From positions 10,044,001 to 10,108,000 of the forward strand of contig OZ231126.1 of the NCBI GenBank assembly GCA_965153355.1: DNA of 64,000 nt, written 5' to 3'. This document shows positions 37,996 to 49,499 of the stretch, piece by piece (positions within the stretch are counted from its first letter, which is position 1; every line of letters begins with the position of its first letter). The DNA comes from Flaccisagitta enflata. Lineage: Eukaryota. The position numbers and the translations under genes are program-made. The notes beneath the pieces are model-generated. The model did not search any database, had not been told where the DNA came from, and saw only the letters and a list, made by a program, of their open reading frames with translations.

Positions 37996-38572
37996 TTAGT
38001 GGACAACCGGATTGAGAGGCTCCGCCCGAATGTCGCCGAGATCAAGTTGCTTGTCCGTCACCTGTAAAGGACAATAAGACAGTAAATTGGTTAGTTAATG
38101 GAGGTAGAAGGGGGGATGATTAAGGATTTGTATTACAACCAACGAGCAGTCAGCTGATAATTAACCAACCTCGTCGATTTCGCCGATGAGAGCGACGTTA
38201 TCGCCTCGAATGATATAGAGGCCGAGGACGACGTGCTCCACGCCCTCTGACGAACTGAACACGCGCTCGTGACTGTCGTCCAAGATCAAGTTTATCGTTT
38301 GGTCGAACCCTGAATCGAAGGAGGAAGAGGATGAGGAAGGTTAGGATGAGGAGGGCGAGGAAGGACGATAATAACTTGATACTCATTCTAAGATAGAATT
38401 TAGATTTAAGAATTCTTAAAATTCCAGAATTCTTAAATCCTAGCATTCTAGAATTCATTGTAAACATACTCCTCAAATGAGACAAACCTTTAAGAGTGCC
38501 GATGATTACTCTTCCGTCAGCCGTGATGACGGACACCGAATGATTGACGAACGTTTCCAGCGCCGTCGCCAT
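37996..38572 (-). CDS. LSM8: U6 snRNA-associated Sm-like protein LSm8, 3 exons
   Basis: MATALETFVNHSVSVITADGRVIIGTLK | GFDQTINLILDDSHERVFSS...VVLGLYIIRGDNV | ...IRAEPLNPVVH*. Confidence 0.96.
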
Positions 38573-39489
38573 CCTCTCCGGTCGTCCTCTTTGCAACCCG
38601 TCGTCGCCACCTGCAGCGCGTCGTCGTCGTCGTGGTGGTCGTCGTAGTTACAAACTACACTCGATTGTCGCTTCGACGTCGTAGCCAGTCGTCGTCGTCG
38701 TCGAAGTCGTCGTCCTCGCCGTCGTCGGCTAGGCAAATACAGTCAATTCTTATCGCAGAGGCCGGTTTACAATGACAACGCGAAGAATCACGACAAAAGG
38801 AAACAGAGAGAATCACTTCACTCTCCCAAGTTCCAAGCACAAAAGCTCTTTAACCTCACAGGAAGAGTGACAAGAGTAAGTCAAAGATTCTTTACAGTCC
38901 AGTTTTCAACAGATCATTCTGCGGAAGACGAACTGCAAGATTTGCATGAACACGGAAACTGAATACTGACGCCAAAAAGCCCATATTTGAAAACAATGAG
39001 TAAATTGGACCAGATATTCGAAAATAGAGTAAATGAGAGCTATATTAAATTGAATGTGTGTAGCGTAACTGAAAGGCTTGAATAGACTGTAATACAGAGA
39101 GTAATACGTCCTAACACGGAGAAATATGAGTAAATCGCACTGAACTAGAAATGCAAGATGACCGTCTGACAGAAAATATGCTAACTACGAAAATGAAAAC
39201 TAGCTGGAATGGCACTGACGTATTGAAAAAAATTGGAATTTTTAAATGGAATAAATGCGCAAAAAAAGGATTTTAACTAAGGAAAGAACAAAATCATTTC
39301 CAAATGAGTAAAATATTCAAAGATGCACTAAGTCTTTATTCCTCTGACAAGTATGATTGAGTGATTGCTTTTCACTTGTACATCAGTCCACAGACACAAC
39401 ATCCATTGCAAAACCAACTCAACGTTCGTCTGCATTCATCTGTTGTAGGCCTAACACCCTTTTATCCGTCGCTGGGCCGTTGCCCTGCG

Positions 39490-39649
39490 TCACTGCCGGC
39501 CCAATTTGATGACGACTCCGTCTCCGGGTGCCAGCAGCAGATGCACCGGATTTTCCGCATCTTCGACGTCGAGTTTAGTGCCGACTTGAAAGTCCGGATG
39601 AGCGCCGGAAGTCGTTGCCACCACCTCAGCCTCACCAGCGTCAGACAAG

Positions 39650-39714
<65 letters not shown>

Positions 39715-42700
39715 CCAAAGCAGAGAATAGAAATTCAAATTCGAGTGAAAAATGAGGATTCTAAATTCATGCACAAGAACTCCAAGTCACCAGTCCTGAA
39801 TTCTAACATTGGGGGAGAGTTATTGTCATCCTAAAAAATTGATTGTGACTTTCGAGTTGCTTGCTTAATGACTCGTTAAGATATGGTTTAGGTAGGTAGG
39901 TAGGTAGGAAGATTCGTCGGTTATGCTGTTTCTTGAAGGGCTCAAATAGGGCAAGAGATTTCTGCCTCTGCCAAACAGCTAGCAATCACGTGTCGGTCGT
40001 ATATACGACCTTGTTCAAAAATTAATCTAACGATCATAAGTTTAAATACGGATTAGCACGTTTGGAGAATTATTGCCATCTTTAAAATAGATTGCGACGA
40101 TTTCTCTACAATCAGTTTATGAGCGGACTTAATACAAAACCTCAACACATAAGTCATAACATTTATACATAATCATTCACAAAAGTGAAAAAGGGTGAAA
40201 CAAGGTCATTAGACCTAAGTCGCGTGCGTCGGCACTTTCAAAATAAATCAGGCAAACAGACAGACAAACAGTTTTTTTTTTCTCAAAAAGACATTTGAAA
40301 AGGCCATTTACTCCTTAAAGTTTCATTTCTACCATACAAAGACATAAAAAACGCTTTGAAAAACCTTTATATCAGTTTTGTGACGGACGGATGGACCGAC
40401 CAACCGACGGACCGACCGAAAAGTGGCTTAAAGAGTCGCGTAGCACGCGACTAAAAAAGTGTGCAGCTTAAGAATAGATAAATGGTCGACAATTGACTTT
40501 TTTCACCATTTTCGCCGCTACCGTTGTTCCTAATACATATAACACATAAAGAATACATAAAGACATAAACACAAACACAAAGAAATTGCCTTTGAGTGAC
40601 TAGTTCTTTTCGCTTTTGTTGGCCACAAAGAAGCAATGAAGCAACACGTTTCCATTTTGATTGGTGCCCTGACTATTACAACAGTAAGTCATGAGATTTT
40701 CAAGCAGTTAACAAAAGGTCTACAAGAGTCATGCAAAAGCACACTAAGTTTCAGCTCCTACTAAGTAAACAAAACAACTTTCGAGCTTTCATTTGTTTGA
40801 ATTGAAGGTATCTTCTTTGACTTGGACTAACTCTATGAATGAAGACGCGGAAAAACACGCCGAGAGACGGGCTTTGGGTAATGCTGAAATTTACAGGGGT
40901 ATATATCAGGGATGTAGAAAGTTCCATGGCCTTTCATTAATTTCCCCCCCCCCCCGCCATAAAATCCATGATTTTAATCTCCACAGTATATATAGGTTTT
41001 AATAGTGTTGAATGGTGGAACTACCAAAAGTGTAAAACCTTCAAAAATTGTTTTTTTTCTTCATTTCTACGTTTTCTAGCTTTTGCATTTCCCCCAAACC
41101 CTTATACGAGCAGTATTTTGCATCAACGGCATCAAGGCCCCTGCCGCGGCCAATGACTAAATGACCTGCACTGATATCTCTGTCCCTGTCTAGACAAAAA
41201 GCTTTGACTTGATCATCAAGTGTACCACTTTATTGGGTACCGTGACGAGGAGATCAGTGGTTAACGATGCGTAATGTTTCCTTTTCTTTTAACATAAAAC
41301 AGAGGTGACGTGGCGTGACGATGGGCGATGCGGAGGCGGATACACTAAGAACGGAAAACAAGCTAAATGCAACCCTTTCTCACTTAAGCCTTGCTGTTCC
41401 GCCAACCTTCGGTGCGGAAGAACGCCAACGTTTTGCGATTGTGCATCCTGCGCCGATTATCGACGTGAGTGGACTTAGCTATACACCTTTAATTGACGAA
41501 ATCCTTAACCCGAATCCCCCTCCTCCATACTTTATCCTTAACTGTCAAGGTGACGTCAACAATATGTCCGCACCACCCCCTCCCCCTCTTTTCCTCACAG
41601 CCTGGCATCTGGTTACTCCCAGTGACGAAACGAGAATCGACACTGAAACCGTTTGGAAAACCGAGAAAACTTGTCCCGAAGGGTATTTCGTCCACGGGTT
41701 CAAAAGCATGCAAGACTTGAAGGGGAAAGGATTGATCAAGATCAAAGTGCTTTGCAAACGGAATCGGGACAGATGGGAAAACGAGGCGAGGAATCGGCTG
41801 CTGTCCGGAGGATCCGTACCCAATGAAGACCAAGACTGGTCGGATGTAAGAAACTGCGGGAGGGACGCCTGGCTGGTCGGCATGCGACTAGGTGAGAAAT
41901 TGGAAATGAAGGAGAGCATCGTTATAATGCCCATGACAGAAGCGCAAGAGCCAATTCACCTCCCCCCCCCCCTGAGACAAACTACCCCTGCACAGACTCA
42001 AATTACTGTCCCTGCCTACCCGCAAGCGACTACTTATTGGCCGGGTATCCGGCCTTGTCTTCCTCCTCATGAATCCCATCCCGTCCTCTGTAGTGTCTGG
42101 CGACGCCGCGCAAGGCGCCACCTCGGTTTGGTTCATTTGCGGAAAGCCATCCGGGGGAACGACGTCACAAGACAGATGGACTGCCTACTCGGACGACCCT
42201 AGTTGGGTTACTACCGAAGCAATTCTGTGTCCGACTTATTTCGCCGTCTGCGGGATTCAGACGAGGGCCTGGCCGGCAGCGGACTCGAACAGAGCCGGCA
42301 TCAGCCAAATCGGGATCAAATGCTGTCCTCTGACGGACACTCCAGAGAACACGGTCATTCGACCGAGAACGTTGGGTTAATTTGTCATGTGAAGATTTCG
42401 TACCAACGTCAAGTATCTGGGTTTTTTCTCTCTTTTTTTTTTGTTTTCGTTTTTTGTTGTTTTTAGTCGCGTGCACGCGACTCTACAACCCGCTTTGTCC
42501 GTCCGTCGGTCCGTCGGTCCAACTTTACTTTTTTTATTACTTTTTGTTATTTTTAGTCATCTAAGGTCATTCTTAGTCATTCTAAGTCATTCTGATAAGT
42601 CATTGTAAGTCATTTTAAATCATTTTACTTCATATTGAGTCACTTAAGTCAATTTGGTCAATTTAGTCGTATAAGTCATTTATCATCATTTTATGTCTTT

Positions 42701-45700
42701 TTAAATCATTTTAAGTCATCTGAAGTCATTTTAAGTCACTTTGAGTCATCCTAAGTTATTTATGTCCCGCACGCGACTTATAGGTGTGACATGGATTCCA
42801 TTTTTTCTCCCTGTATTAGTCACGTGCATATTTATCACTATGTACTTTAATCAACCAGGAGCTGCACTTTTTATCAGTTTTTTGTGCCTCTGTCCCGACT
42901 TAACGGCGTTCGAAAATTAAATCTAAGTCCCCGACAGAGAACCTGTCTTGCCATCTCTAATTGTTTGTTAAAAAGAAATACACCAACACGGGACATATGA
43001 CTGTTTTTTATGTCGCCGTACAGGATCGGCCCAAATGGCAAAATCGATCTATCAACTTATACTAAAGCTATACACAGACCTGATAAAGACCTTGAACTAG
43101 TAACCTGTAACTGGTTGCTGTCCGAGATTGACGGCGATCAAGAATGCCGGATGCCCTTTGGCGATTCTAGTGAAGCTGAGGAGTCCGTTGTTCGAAGGCA
43201 ACACGTTCAAGTCTCCGTAGGCGAAGGCGTTTTCCGACCGCAACTTGACGAACGACTCGAAGGCCAAGAGATGCGAGGACTTGGCACCGCGAGCGCGTTG
43301 GAATTTGACGTTGACCGTGTCCACGTCGGTGTTGACGGAGAACTTGGCGTTCTTAGCGGAAGTGAAGCCACCGGATGCGTCGCTGCTCCACTGATTAAGA
43401 GACAAAGATTTAACAAATGAACAATGATTACGCCGGAAAAGGGAGATACAGGAGACACACGAGAACTTGTCAACCAGTTCACCTGCATAACAGAACGAGT
43501 GATGGCTCCACCAGCTGCATTCACCATTCCCAGCTCGTCACCATAAAGCACCTGTGAGAACAAAAACAATAATCAAGTTTGATCGTTACGTTAAAGAGAC
43601 AGATCACAAGTGTGGTATCAGGGCAGTCAATGACTAAACTAAGTAAATGATTGAAGTTACTCTTGTTCATGACTAAAATCAAATAATCAACCAGCGGATC
43701 GCAGATTGGAGAAAAAAAAAAGAGTTAGTGTGAAACTGCCTATGAACAGTTTAATGAACTTTACTTTGTATTGACGTACACTGTACACCGTACAGAACGA
43801 TTAGAAGGGGCAGGGAAAAAGGAAAGCTCGGAAACATGTAAATAAACAATTGAAGACGTAATATGACTGACCACGGGCGTTCCTTTGAGAGTGAGCAAGA
43901 TGAGATTGTAGGCATCGACGAATTTGTCGTCGTCGATTTGCGAGGCGATTCTTCCCGACAACAACGAGGACAAAGCCCAATTGGCCCAAGGACGATCCAA
44001 GTTGAATTTGCGTTGATGGCTCTCGCGCACGATCCTGAGGGAATCCTCCACGGCAGCTTTAACGCAAGAACTCTTTAAGCCGGAACACGCGCCAGAAACT
44101 GGTCGAAGGAGGAGGAAGAGAAGGGAGGGAGGAAGGAGGAAGAGAAGGGAGGAAGTGGAAGAGGGCGAAGGGGGTGAGAGGCAGAGTGAGACGCGGGGGA
44201 AATAAAGCACACGCGAAACATTAGGAAGAAAATGACAAGAAGGTAAGTGAAAGAACAAGTGACGCGGGGCCACAATATCGTTGCAGACGGGCGGGCAGGG
44301 GCATTCAACCCCCATCCACACCCAAACCTACTCCCAACACTCAACACACACAATAAGTATCAAAAACATACGTTTCAACTTGATGACCCCAGACAGACGG
44401 ACGGACCAACAGACGGACGGAAAAAGCCTTTTATAGAGTTGCGTGTCCGCAACTAAAAAGAAAACTATCTTTAAGAAAGAAGTTCTAGAGGCTACCAAAG
44501 AACGAGAGTCTTTCCGAACAGAGAAACTTTCTCCCTCATGAAATTGAATGCTTTTAAAAACTCGGGCCCTACTCTTACCCAGCGCGTTAGCGAGTCGATC
44601 ATCAAGCACGAGATCGGCTCCTTGATGATCGGTCGATCCGTAAAAGACGCTTCTTTGGGTCGCGTTTCCACCGCCAGAACCCAGACTGACGATCAAAGCG
44701 CGATCCTTGCCCGTCTCCTTCGACACTTTGGTAAAGGCGCCTCTCATGGCGTAGACCACTTCCGCCGACGCCGGATCGAAGACGGCCTTCTCAGCGCCTT
44801 CGACGAAATATTCGGCGCCGGAAACCACAAAGCCGTCGATGCCTTCCTCCATCAACCAAAACTCGAGGCAAGCGATGATGTCGTCCTAGAAGGAAGAGGA
44901 AGGGTGAAGGAAGGGGCGGAAAACGCGGATGAGGAGGAGGAAAACCAAGATGGCGACTGGCGAGGGAAGGATAGAAAATGAAAGTTGAGGAAAAAGAGGG
45001 TAAGGAAAAAAAGAGGGTTGGGAGAGGAAGAGCAAAAGAGGAGGAAATATTGGAATAGAGGATAGGAAGAATTGGAGGAAGGAGAGAAGAGGGGTGAAAT
45101 TGGAAGAAGAACAGGTCGCCCAAGGGCAATATGTGGTCAGCGGTACCCGTTGCCCTGCTTTGCATGGTTGTAAATCGGAATGAGAGGAAGCAGGGCAGCG
45201 GCCCCGAAAGGGACGAAGTCCTGTAGAACACAGGGGGACTTTTGTTCATCCATTCGTTTGTCCGTCCGTCCATCTGTCAGTACCCCCCATGCCCTCTCAG
45301 GCCTGAAATCTGCCCTCTCAGGCCTGAAATCTGCCCTCTCAGGCTTGAAATCTACCCTCTCAGGCCTTGAATCTGCGGGGGAGATTTAAGGCCTGGGGTT
45401 TCAGGCCTGAGAAGGCAGATTTCAGGCCTGAGAGGGCAGATTCAAGGCCTGAGAGGGCAGATTCAAGGCCTGAGAGGGCAGATTTCAAGCCTGAGAGGGC
45501 AGACTTCAGGCCTGAGAGGGCAGATTTCAGGCCTGAGAGGGCAGATTTCAGGCCTGAGAGGGCAAAGGACCTGGGGAGGGGGACGAACGAACGTACGAAC
45601 AAAAGTCCCCCTGTGTTCTACAGGACTTCGTCCCCTTCGGAGCCGCTGCCCAAAAAGAAGAGGAAGAGGAGGAAAGAGAGAAGAGAAGAAGAGGAAGAGG

Positions 45701-47984
45701 AGGAAAGACAGAAGAGAAGAAAAAGAAGAGGAAAAGGAAAGAGAAAAGAGAAGGGCAAGCGGAAGACGAGAAAGAAGAGAAAGACGTAGAATTGAAAGGG
45801 AAGAAAAGTAAAGGGAAAAGGGTGAAGAGATGAGAAAAGGGAGAAGGGGGAAGAGAGGAAAAGGGAGGAGGGGGAAGAGATAAGAAAAGGGATACAGTAG
45901 ATGTCGTCTAGACTTGGAAATACGGGGGAGCTCATAACCTCAGCATCAGTACAGTGAGGGGACTGATATTTTGCTAATGTAATGTATAGACCCTAAGGGG
46001 TTGACGATGGGGTATGGTATCCCCCTACGGCTTACCTTACAAAAAAAACTTTTAGTATAAAATATTAGGATCAATCACTTTTTTGGCAGAATTTCAGCTT
46101 CATCTATTTGCTTTAATTGCAAAACCAGCCTGGGATTCGAACCCGGAAAGAAATTGATCGATCAAGAAGGATTTGAAGACAAGTGAGTTAACCACTAAAC
46201 CAATTCTGGCAGCTGTTCAAGCAAAACAGATTTGTTTTAGTATATTCAAAAGAATTTTCTATCCACAGAGCTGCCATACCCCATCGTCAACCCTATAGGA
46301 CATAAGCATTATACAGACACAGTTTCATTTCATTGGCGCAAATGGTAGTTACGATATGAGGGCCCCTGTATTTCCAAGTCTAGACGACATCTACTGTAAC
46401 TCTTCAGGAAAGGGAAAGAAGGAATATGGAGAGGAAGAAAAAGAGAACAGGAGTGACACTTATAGATCTATACGAAAAGAAAGTCTTCTCAAAAAGTTTC
46501 TCTCCTTACCTGAACGGCTTTTTAGATGCGTCCTCGCATCTCTATAAGAGGGTCTGTCCTATGTATGTATGTATGTATGTATGTATAGGGAACGCGAAAA
46601 TTTCCAAATGCGATTTCTAAGGTTTTCTCTTCATTTCTCTTTATATCTCTTACATCTCTTCATGTGTCTTATGTCTCTTGTATCTCTTTTGTCTCAGTTG
46701 TCTCTTCGGTCTCTTTTGTCTCTTTTGTCTCTTTTGTCTCTTTTGTCTTTTTTGTCTTTTTTGCCTCTTATGTCCCTTATGTCTGCTATGTCTCTTATAT
46801 CTCCTATGTCTCGTATATCTCCCATGTCTCTTATATCTCCTATGTCGCTTATGTCTCTTATTAGATGCGTCCTCGCATCTCTATAAGAGGGTCTGTCCCT
46901 TGGTCGGTCTGTCTGTCTGAATGTCTGAATGTCTGAGTGTCACGCGAAAATTTCAAAACGCGATTTTCAAGGTTTTCTCTTCATTTCTCTTCATGTATCT
47001 TCTTGTCTCTTATATTTCTTTTGTCTCTTTCATCTCTTTCATCTCTTTTGTCTCTTTTGTCTCCTATATGTCTCTTATGTCTCCTATATGTCTCTTATTT
47101 CTCTTATGTATCTTAGGTCTCTTTTGTCTCTTATGTCTCTTATGTGTCTTATGTCTCATATGTCTCCTATATGTCTCCTATATGTCTCCTATATGTCTCT
47201 TATGTCTCTTTTGTCTCCTATAAGTCTTATATGTCTCTTATGTCTCTTATGTCTCTTATATATCATATCTCTTATATCTCTTATGTCTCTTATCTCTTAT
47301 GTCTCTTATCTCTTATGTCTCTTATGTCTCTTATGTCTCTTATGTCTCTTATGTCTCTTATGTCTCTTATGTCTCTTATGTCTCTTCATGTCTCTAAATG
47401 TCTCTCCATGTCTCTAAATGTCTTCCTCTTGGGGGAGGATGGCGTGGGAGGAGGAGGGGGGAGGGTGGGGAGGCGTGGGAGGGGTGGGGAGGGTGGAGGG
47501 TGGGGAGGGGGGGGGGGGTGGGGAGGCGTGGGGGGGAGGAGGGGAGGGGGGGGGGGAGGCGTGGGGAAGGGGTGGGGAGGCGTGGGGAGGGGTGGGGGAG
47601 CGTGGGGAGGGTGGGGAGGCGTGGGGGAGAGGTGGGGAGGCGTGGGGAAGGGGTGGGGAGGCGTTGGGGGGTGGGGAGGGGTGGGGGAGTTGTGGGGAGG
47701 CATGGGGGGGGAGAGATGAATCAGTTTATATTTTTCTCTTTATCTCTGAATCTTTATATTTTCAAACTATTATATCTTAATATCTATATATCTATGTATC
47801 CTAATAATTTGTATGATTATATCTTACGTCTAAAGAGGACGCATCTATTGGACATCTCTTGGCCTTGTTCCTTCAAATTCAAGTCCGGTAACGTTTCTCC
47901 ATGAGCAGCGTAGTAAAACTCGTTCCTGGTAGCATCGTCGACCCAAGCGCTTTTACTGCCATCATCAACGTTCCTCCAATCGTT
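39490..47984 (-). CDS. SLC3A (4F2hc/rBAT)-like non-catalytic GH13 alpha-amylase-family gene; 3' exons only, possibly a disrupted allele
   Basis: NDWRNV...SAWVDD...EFYY...PDLNL, FWLMEEGIDGF (R-x-D nucleophile motif replaced), LLTLKGTPV|VLYGDELGM, RSVMQ|WSS...GFT, and a C-terminal beta domain. 5' exons were not found. Confidence 0.75.
41303..42380 (+). CDS. Nested gene: Cys-rich hevein/chitin-binding-like module plus VMO-I-like beta-prism domain (5' end undefined)
   Basis: Phase-compatible exons 41303-41464 (WRDDGRCG...CNP...PCCS...CG...CDCASCADYR), 41601-41891 (CPEGYFVHGF...) and 42094-42380 (CPTYFAVCGIQTR...IKCC). Confidence 0.7.
45193..45651. mobile_element. Foldback-like MITE with inverted arrays of 21-bp repeats
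   Basis: ~55-bp TIR (GGGCAGCGGCCCCGAAAGGGACGAAGTCCTGTAGAACACAGGGGGAC) and internal (GCCCTCTCAGGCCTGAAATCT)n in both orientations; related fragments near 62350 and 63600. Confidence 0.8.
45895..46396. mobile_element. TA-flanked MITE containing a second inverted-repeat element (~45992-46299)
   Basis: TIR CAGTAGATGTCGTCTAGACTTGGAAATAC; inner IR GGGTTGACGATGGGGTATGG / CCATACCCCATCGTCAACCC. Confidence 0.8.
46522..47867 (+). mobile_element. DINE/HINE (Helentron-associated)-like non-autonomous element with internal simple repeats
   Basis: TTAGATGCGTCCTCGCATCTCTATAAGAGG head (repeated at 46861), subterminal inverted GAGGACGCATCTA, GGCCTTG end, inserted in a T run. Related elements occur at ~24640-25020 and ~59590-59740. 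Confidence 0.65.
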
Positions 47985-47990
47985 CTGAAG

Positions 47991-48082
<92 letters not shown>

Positions 48083-49499
48083 GAGCCGGTGAGGATTGTT
48101 CGAGGATGAGCTAACCGTAACTGAAATGAGCTGAGCCTGAGCAAACCTGCACTAAAAGAAGAAGAAATAAGAACGATATCGCCCGAGAATGTCTTTATTT
48201 GCGTAAAAGCGGTAACGAAGCCAGCGAGAATCGATCGGACTCCAAGAAAAGCCTAGGGCAACTGCCCAGAATCATAATCATCGTCGCTTTTATAGCGCTC
48301 GAACCGGTGAAATGCGGGAGAAGAAGAAAAGAGGAGAGGCTCGTGACAAAAGGGGGGGATTCGGGCGCGAGCAGAACGGGGATGAGCGGGGCTCAGGGCC
48401 AGACGCGCCCCTCCGTCTCAAAACGCCAATTTGTGAGCGAAGAGACAAAGGGGAGTTTTGCTAAAGAGAAGGCCAGAGCACGCGCTGATACCCGGCTGTC
48501 GCGGAATCTCAATTTTGGAACGAGCTCTCATGTAACTAAAAATCACTGCAAAACCGAGTATATGAATATTAGATGGGAAAAGGAACGGGTGGGGGGGGGG
48601 GGAAAGTAGCGGTAGAAAACTGGGTGGTTGGGAAAAGGGGATGGGTTTTGGGTGGTGATGTATGGGTAAAAACAAGGCAATACTCTCAAGTAACTAACAA
48701 GGTATAAAAAAACAAGGTATTATTCTCGTGTAACTAAAAAGGCCATACTTTCATGTAACTAAAAATCATTGCAGAATCGAGTATATGAATAGTAGATGGG
48801 AAAAAGGTACGGGATAGTTTTTGTGTGGTCAAGTATGGGAAAAGGACAAGACTATACTTTTGGTACGGGGGGGGGGGTGGGGAGGGTAGGCTGGCTGGTA
48901 TTGGTAGATTAAAAGGGGAAGAAATACTTCGAAGTAATGACAGCAGCGTCTAGACCATGCATTATGGACATATTGATAGACGTATCATGTATCTAATAAG
49001 ATGTGGTTTGTGAAGTGAATGGAAGAATGTTATTGGCAAAATTACAGTGAAGGAAGATACAGTACAAGATACAGTAAAAGATTACGGAACAGTCTCAATA
49101 AGAATATGAAGGGTGGTGTGGTTCTTCTCGGGTTAAGATGTTGTTGCGACGTCGAACATGTCTAGCCGAGTGGGTTTCAGATAAGGTGGGTCCGCGGTAG
49201 GGTACTGTGAGTCTGCGGGAGGATCCCGGGTGGGAGGATTCTTGCTAGGAGCGCCGGGATGTTTGGCGGAGGTGAAGAGATTGAAACGGTGGGTCGGGTA
49301 GAGGAGTGGATTAGAGAATCGAGATTGACTTCGCTACGGAGGGCCCTCTCTAGGAGCGCTGGGTTGGATGGAAGAGGTGAACATCAGGTTTGATGGAATG
49401 GTAGACTTGATGTGCGAGGATCGGTGACGTGGATTGACGGAGATCCATTCAACGGGGTCCATTCAACGGGATTGACGGAGATCCGTTCAACGAGATCCA

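Noticed and set aside
41315-42202. Single 295-aa ORF
   Set aside because: It reads through two introns; the first exon is coding in another frame.
46128-46205. Functional tRNA gene
   Set aside because: A and B boxes are present but there is no convincing acceptor or anticodon stem.
46569-47904. Cys/Leu/Met-, Gly- or Pro-rich ORFs
   Set aside because: Simple repeats inside the inserted element.
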